Shown here piece by piece: positions 60,901-64,000 of a DNA stretch of 64,000 nt; within the stretch, counting starts at the first letter, position 1; the number at the start of each line of letters is the position of its first letter. The stretch lies in IMG/VR virus record IMGVR_UViG_3300020418_000005, positions 1 to 64,000 of that record, one strand, 5' to 3'. The position numbers and the translations under genes were made by a program. This DNA comes from a virus. The notes under the pieces are model-generated. The model ran no database searches, was not told the origin of the DNA, and saw only the letters and a program-made list of their open reading frames with translations.

Positions 60901-62933
60901 GGAACATTAACTGCATTACCAGTTCCTAGTATCCATCTAGTCTGGTTTGTACCTACATTTACAATTTTAGAATCAGAAGTTTCAAAACCAGGATTTGATA
61001 CTTGTATCTTATCTCCTACAGCAGAGTATGGATGTGAATCTGATGGTTGTAAATTATATACAATACCCATTGTCAACAATGTGACACCAGAACCACTGAT
61101 GGTCACTGGTTTGTATACTGGTGTACCAACATCATGCTGTACAGCACTAAATGCTGATCTATTGTCTATAATAAATTGATTTACAGTCTTATCACTAAAT
61201 GTAATTGTTTCATTACCTATTAATACTGATCCTGTAGTATCCCAACCAATAGTAGAGAACACATCAACTCTATCTCCTGTTGATGCAGTTCCTGTTAATA
61301 CTTTCTCAAGTTGAGTCTTAGTTGAGACACCAAATGTACCATTAACTGTTTCTGATGCTAAAACTATGTTATAGATTATTTCACCATCTCTAGTTCCATC
61401 TGCATATACGTTATCTACAACAGCATCTGCATAGTCATATTCTTCTGTATCAGACTGAACAATTCTCTTTCCTATTAAACTTTTTACATCACCAGATACA
61501 ACCTTACACTTTAGTGCATATACATTTATCCAATCTGCATTAGATGATTTGTATGTAAAGTCTCTTGGTTTATATACCTCAGGTTTTATAATTTTTCTTG
61601 GTCTTGTATTAGCAACCAACTCCATATAACCTTCATCACCATCAAGACCTGACATGTAGCGATGATAAGCACAATAATAGTAAATCTTATTAGACTCATC
61701 AACATCCATCATGAACTCTGGTTGGAATTCATTATCGTAGTTTGTCTTAACTCCAAGAACAGGTTTGCTATTGTAATATAACTGACCACCAAGTAATGTA
61801 CCTTCTCTAGTGGTACTAAACTTCATAGGATGACCATCTGGATGGATAGGCATTGGCAAGTTAGAAGGGTCAGATTGATTCCATATAATTTGCCAGTTTT
61901 GGAAGATCCTTATTCCTTCTGGTGCAAAATAATATTTGCCATATTCAAAGTTACCAAATAACTGTGGTAATTTACCAAAGTTAATGTAGAAAATACCATT
62001 AGGGAATGTGTATACTGTACTAGCAGTAAATGTTGATCCTGTAGGACCTGTAACACTATCTCCAAGACTAAAACTGTTTGATACTTGTCTTAGATATACT
62101 CTTGTTATTTCGTTCTGATCATTTCTAACAACCTTTGCAATTTCACCACTAGCACCAGTTGTTTTAATTCTTTCACCAACTACAAATTGACCATTTGGAC
62201 TTGTAACGTCTATAGCGATATTATCAAACTCAGATTTTATAAACCATTCAAATTGTGCTAGATTGGTACGATCAAGAGGATCAAAGTCTTTATCAATAAG
62301 ACTATTAAAAATAAATTTAATAGAACTATCAGTTCCTTTTGCCTTATAAAAATTCTGTATGTTTTTTATTAAGGTTCTCTTATCAACACTCTCTCTAAGA
62401 TATTTCTCAGGAAAAGAACCTAGATACTGTTTCTCAAAATTCTTGACAAACGCATATAAGAAAAGATTACTGATATTGTAAACTTTTTGACCAGCAACAT
62501 GTGCAGATGCAGTTGTAGTCTCAAATTGAGTCTCATGATACAAATCACCAAGTTTTGTGTTACCACTAACACCTCGTGTGCAACCTTGTAGTGTAGTATC
62601 AGTTCTAGTTGCGTAAAATATTATCTCATCATCTATTCTGATATATCCTTCTGCCTTTGGAAAACTCGTTGCATCTTGTAATACAATTGTGTCGCTAGTA
62701 TCAGTGATACTAACATCCAAAGTATCAAACTGTCTAAGTAAGTTTTGTTCATAGTAATCAATGTCTGCGTATTTTTGAAGATTGCTAATAACATCTAACG
62801 TACCACCCTGTACCTCCTGATGCTCGTAATACTTTTCTACGAACTTAGTAAAAAGTTCATATTCTGTACTAATAAACTCAGGAAGTTGAGTCTCAATTAG
62901 AGTCGAGATTCGCTTTGTCTTAGCAACAACCAT
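51942..62933 (-). CDS. g7: Baseplate wedge initiator gp7-like protein (3663 aa, multidomain)
   Basis: IETQLPEF, IKNIQNFYKAKGT and DSTFYQDYSYVIKS..W...HPAG motifs; lies between g6 and g8; contains a YHYH-like domain. Confidence 0.85.
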   Translation of the reverse strand: MVVAKTKRISTLIETQLPEFISTEYELFTKFVEKYYEHQEVQGGTLDVISNLQKYADIDYYEQNLLRQFDTLDVSITDTSDTIVLQDATSFPKAEGYIRIDDEIIFYATRTDTTLQGCTRGVSGNTKLGDLYHETQFETTTASAHVAGQKVYNISNLFLYAFVKNFEKQYLGSFPEKYLRESVDKRTLIKNIQNFYKAKGTDSSIKFIFNSLIDKDFDPLDRTNLAQFEWFIKSEFDNIAIDVTSPNGQFVVGERIKTTGASGEIAKVVRNDQNEITRVYLRQVSNSFSLGDSVTGPTGSTFTASTVYTFPNGIFYINFGKLPQLFGNFEYGKYYFAPEGIRIFQNWQIIWNQSDPSNLPMPIHPDGHPMKFSTTREGTLLGGQLYYNSKPVLGVKTNYDNEFQPEFMMDVDESNKIYYYCAYHRYMSGLDGDEGYMELVANTRPRKIIKPEVYKPRDFTYKSSNADWINVYALKCKVVSGDVKSLIGKRIVQSDTEEYDYADAVVDNVYADGTRDGEIIYNIVLASETVNGTFGVSTKTQLEKVLTGTASTGDRVDVFSTIGWDTTGSVLIGNETITFSDKTVNQFIIDNRSAFSAVQHDVGTPVYKPVTISGSGVTLLTMGIVYNLQPSDSHPYSAVGDKIQVSNPGFETSDSKIVNVGTNQTRWILGTGNAVNVPTLPAVSTSLDQVSTNVSAILADDQYYYIASSSFPSHKILDGSVVNQTVLDQKLLRIIRKQATRTTETYPTPKRDVGIGLNGVPFYGYKDPESIRYGKLEQIKVDLRGTGYVRPPFVLIDQVPNKARAILAGQVVESITVDTSDVFPRTPDIIITSGRNAAVRAVVTGGKVTSLILDNAGEFYSSPPKIEIRDNAGRGRFAEFEAIVNTDGQITGFNKIAEGNFYSQDTVIVDIVPVGNGATGIPLLKEWNFNRYKKLESKLDTENGYVFDNYNNVLEYGYGYAANPKALRVSLSDNINSAGTEPASKSHSPIIGFAYDGNPIYGAFGYENPLDSTSSIIRMTSSYSINGNRSEGPDLTRYPIGTFVNDYTYTHKSGTLDENNGRFCITPDFPQGTYAYFLTIDSNQVPQYPYILGENFYSLPVDSNYNSNINQNDIPKKARRFYQAGMPRNGDGFLAQIEEVKQGNVESVRVVDSSANFSINSQVYFDNTGTQGSEAEAIISSVKGKTVSYLQSKEDKVVKLTVIQNAYLFADDTLTQPSSGAFGSIVGTVKNDSTIVLKNVTGTFDNTGTFSAAIKTFDVLLDQRSSYTKGATLSLTDGVNAPIATAEVLEGTSAQNVVQIKVLTGTWIVDDNYFLQSSDLFNTSGTRIVRLTSLSDGLNPFEVNQSVALIETTSPHGLGIGDNVDIEINPNDNTKTKNYYVRKRLYQEAILLPPSAKTKINFTGIGRYEVLNGGADYTAGTYTSVALTGGSGSGATAIFTVSDAGVISDIQIQDAGVGYAQGDYLSVADEDLVRSGASTSTARLTLYVGHVGIAAGATKVTVDSAQGFAENDLIQIGQEILKISGINANDISVIRGQEGTTDVDHFDGQEVSLYKAQYNFTNNYQIFTGSLSGYIQSYDPVTHKIIIVYDYATLNTNANKVVLSSSFFDTSSPQRLVSVRSAEDVVYKFEFSEDNSTFVPNPNIDLQEFYKYKFDTSHSSLTGTYFDISPSRNYNLITVEKLESTVLPGNSGAFTDVKFGFGSRLATNNYQTKVGTDFTNFYYFDNKNVVNAEGAYFKIVTDPLQGTKTINYVTPNRFVYDVINTPLWDGSGSISYTTTGQFAIGKIDKVSIINLGLNYKKVPIITGIDPNESYRATATVLFDTASQTITGVDITNEGSNYVNPKIVVTKSDGADAKFKVLVRDGKVTSITVEKTGKGYTYAPEILIVEGDVEAYAESTTIGVPQSVRITSNGGAFHLDETVSSTFRSNYVLSLRDYNGNFRIGEQVVQKINGVEVFRATVVEWRFGSNLLKVANSTGIIRQNISIESVLMPVSGIVQSVFVTTFNEEISSFYDNLGYYQSDKGKLGVQNQKILDSTFYQDYSYVIKSGTSIEQWRDLIKATTHPAGFKLFGQVDLEATANLETTDQGSLVELPKKRIPDSSHFSVVQLWDPDKNKITVENSRRTVTQTVQKIENQRIRKGFGTAATSDFNFNEAEIFEFTLDASFDGYFDNDGRLQGTTTFTTKKDGVAFNLADNKQKNMIVTLDGVIQEPGVAYSLSSGSIVFSQPPLAGVTFYGKVFKFKEEQYNTKYFKKVRNIFQRGGTWIDAANQIERNVQFIVNETVGYGKATHPSLDWATKQDDYEANIRAILDAYQHDIRFGGNVKTIDYASIFSSGSAYLYIRNYKTESNDIFEYATRLAKLAIRNWDFVDVNIEYVQGQKTMTVSSTKNLAIGLFVSSGRSYPTGTKIVSIDSETQITLNNAALANSGGGGGAPAGTTPVTGTGSTGSIATSTAQVPLGSTFSVPPGATVTVPLSFSGTTQAKFGWSALNKGMFYKAGQLISSNRAYIISTSLAWAQAQYPSLNWGTISSKCGRDIGLILDAYVYHLKMGGNFKIVEAAQLYYQKKEYPYGEELYYITGSLTETVATFNYAKDLMVQAMRNQLPTTDPNAIVDSLSPVCAEVESTLNTYHSIVNTILTEGRGLIEKTPVNQNKSGNWTGTVTYSNYNILGDPLLPAEECTTVISAMDSLYDNLSGTIKEESTTRSLPDYIDGETTDFELYWDDNTEVDTEEDEDLFLTINSVLQRPKFTENYPLQDAYWIDRTVIPNVVKFDVAPIWDQDLGAKTIGEPTAVEKVVGIGVGNYKRLTIDFDLVDGVRNGPFLILDVEDMTVQNIESEDSLYVFLDGVLQVKGKAYTVSGPNITFHDSIKKEMRIDIRYLYGRDVGQILNIYDFAPDSYFGQGTFSFTASQQNMDTLLKYSWMNEKIGNPIHVWQTRADNTKNIIGEITNPIRTGNTVVFTLKCHNSNIEAGLDYTFASKGNYNNTFVLTDGEIADEILNFKKDADGRKILRDANADWSGTNYGKTYKAPFVYLSNQDNIRVEGEDKFRRIKKLPTETTSKDGRPNEQTSDDIFGAVSVETYTGITRGEGLSVVAEIENGSVISLTWNQRSYNPLTQPTAYQYFTPPVLKFESLDGNGGGARANVLVSKGQVISVDLIDGGSGYTKAPKVITTRRFDILSDREVGVSLINVAVSPFVESGGMSAFSVITEIDESGLSSITGISTLSVRAPDGGAEIQFEREFTPDEIEVFSIGGALDPERDYVEINTNRPTAAADVQVFEGPAYEATVVSAEIQDIVSLNSISTVSKAITATQQIEIPNNAISNVNYFENAAYLDLDFNIGDTIAYIPDTFKFAPMGRLMVGNEIVYYNKKLSDRFYQIIRGYENTTEQDWVAGTYLRQIEDVTVISAGLLQVESESDVKMINIGFVDSGFERKVQRQVTSPSDLEITKEAVEVLIVPPPGGAIDGYEETAFINDPVQQRNQNQVDLIENALGNYTVTQRDGTIIEIRNEKFGTNEYVGSYIKTTVGPNIGNWQYISFDDGTCDVSNLTISDISTYFPSLTLGDFVDRAKSTFTKAGDKFNLALPSIQNPVAISSTVGTIGGDIVVQDTTYFPTTGYLLHNNGTYTGIIKYTGKTANSFTGCTRHNGDNQIASGSEIVPISIV

Positions 62934-62937
62934 TTAC

Positions 62938-64000
62938 TTACTCTTTATATGCAGTGAAGGATGAATTAGCAACGTCAACGTCAAGGTATACCTCACGCAT
63001 TGCTTTGATATCATTAGAAAGGGGTTTTACTCTTAGTGAAATACGATTATCAAAGAAACTTCCTTTAATAATTGTTAAGGCATACATCTTTAACTCACCT
63101 TTTACATAATCTATGTCGCCAATATCGCTGTCAAGGACAACCTTTTCACCAGTTACGCTATCTAGTCTATATAGGACAATTTTCTTATCCCTATCCTCAA
63201 CGTAAACATCAAAATTAGGATATTCAGTTACCCTAAAACCAGTAGATGACAATACAGGATCATCACAGTCCTCATCAAAGGCATTTTGGAAACATACCTC
63301 GTAATAGAATGTAGAATTTAACTGTGGGTAGAAGTCTTTTCTCATTATGACACTGGTGAGATTAGAATTGATACTCACATCAGCATCATCTATTACACCA
63401 ACAAATTTACTATACCTAAACTTGCCATTAAACTTCTCAGTATCACTTATATCAATATAAGACTGTATACTAGAAATTGTCTTATCTCTAATTTGTGCTG
63501 GTCTTTGATCAGTCATACCACCATTGTAAAAAATCTTACTTGTCATTTCAATATACAAAATAGATGGATCTACAATCTGTGGTTCTACAGATGCAACAAC
63601 ATACTTCTTAAGATCACTAACAATTTGTGATTTTGTTAATGATGTAAGGTAACTTGCGTCATTTGGTTTTAATACAATGAATACTTTTCCATATTGTGGA
63701 GGATCCTGATCCTCTCCACCAAATATAATGATATCACTTGTTGCTGGATATACTTTTCTTACAATTGCTTCATAGTCCTGTGCGGTCACTGCACGGTCTT
63801 GTGTGCCATATGCTTTTGGAGCAGTGTATTTTATCTTAGAAGTACTTTCTACTGCTTCACCACCCGAAGAGGCAGTGCTTGATGTAACTGTAGTTGTAAA
63901 AGCGTTAGGACTTACACCATTTGGATTTTGTACAACACCAGTAAAGACAAATGTCTTAACTCCATTACTTTCAGGACCTGAAGTTGTAACATATGATACT
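62938..64000 (-). CDS. g6: Baseplate wedge subunit gp6 (3' part; begins beyond the window)
   Basis: The frame stays open to the window edge (..IKYTAPKAYGTQDRAVTAQDY..GGED.DPPQYGKVFI). The ORF track's start at 63789 is internal. Confidence 0.93.
   Translation of the reverse strand, partial: VSYVTTSGPESNGVKTFVFTGVVQNPNGVSPNAFTTTVTSSTASSGGEAVESTSKIKYTAPKAYGTQDRAVTAQDYEAIVRKVYPATSDIIIFGGEDQDPPQYGKVFIVLKPNDASYLTSLTKSQIVSDLKKYVVASVEPQIVDPSILYIEMTSKIFYNGGMTDQRPAQIRDKTISSIQSYIDISDTEKFNGKFRYSKFVGVIDDADVSINSNLTSVIMRKDFYPQLNSTFYYEVCFQNAFDEDCDDPVLSSTGFRVTEYPNFDVYVEDRDKKIVLYRLDSVTGEKVVLDSDIGDIDYVKGELKMYALTIIKGSFFDNRISLRVKPLSNDIKAMREVYLDVDVANSSFTAYKE

Noticed and set aside
980-63882. Numerous plus-strand ORFs of 60-163 aa in the ORF track
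   Set aside because: They lie antisense to well-supported genes and show no recognisable motifs. They are expected shadows of codon bias.
1-64000. tRNA, rRNA, CRISPR array, IS element
   Set aside because: Intergenic gaps are nearly all under 90 nt once micro-ORFs are included, and none shows a cloverleaf or repeat-spacer pattern.

Overview
This window is the virion-morphogenesis region of a T4-like marine cyanophage (myovirus). It is visually AT-rich and probably infects Prochlorococcus or Synechococcus; the host is an inference. Every credible gene is on the minus strand. In transcription order the genes are: gp6 (partial), gp7 (3663 aa), gp8, a VrlC/DUF4815-like protein, an 1833-aa structural protein, a 3457-aa tail fibre, two putative fibre-tip proteins each followed by a chaperone-like gene, a tightly coupled block (two unknowns, a U32-family/SAM-methyltransferase fusion and seven tandem 2OG-Fe(II) oxygenases), gp13-gp16, an accessory island (putative internal head protein, heme oxygenase, an eighth oxygenase, thermonuclease, small peptides), gp17-gp22 and the start of gp23. 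T4-type late promoter motifs (TATAAATA, ATAAATA, CTAAATA) precede most transcription units. The best candidate for an undescribed system is the putative late operon at 15250-24156, which couples an adhesin-like protein to Fe-S and 2OG-dependent hydroxylases and a methyltransferase. Other notable points are Russian-doll nested domains in the giant fibre, cupredoxin-like metal sites in baseplate and tail proteins, a T4-style capsid-targeting N-terminus, and several micro-ORFs missed by the ORF track. I found no tRNA, rRNA, CRISPR array, intein or mobile element. Family assignments come from motif recognition by eye, not from database searches.
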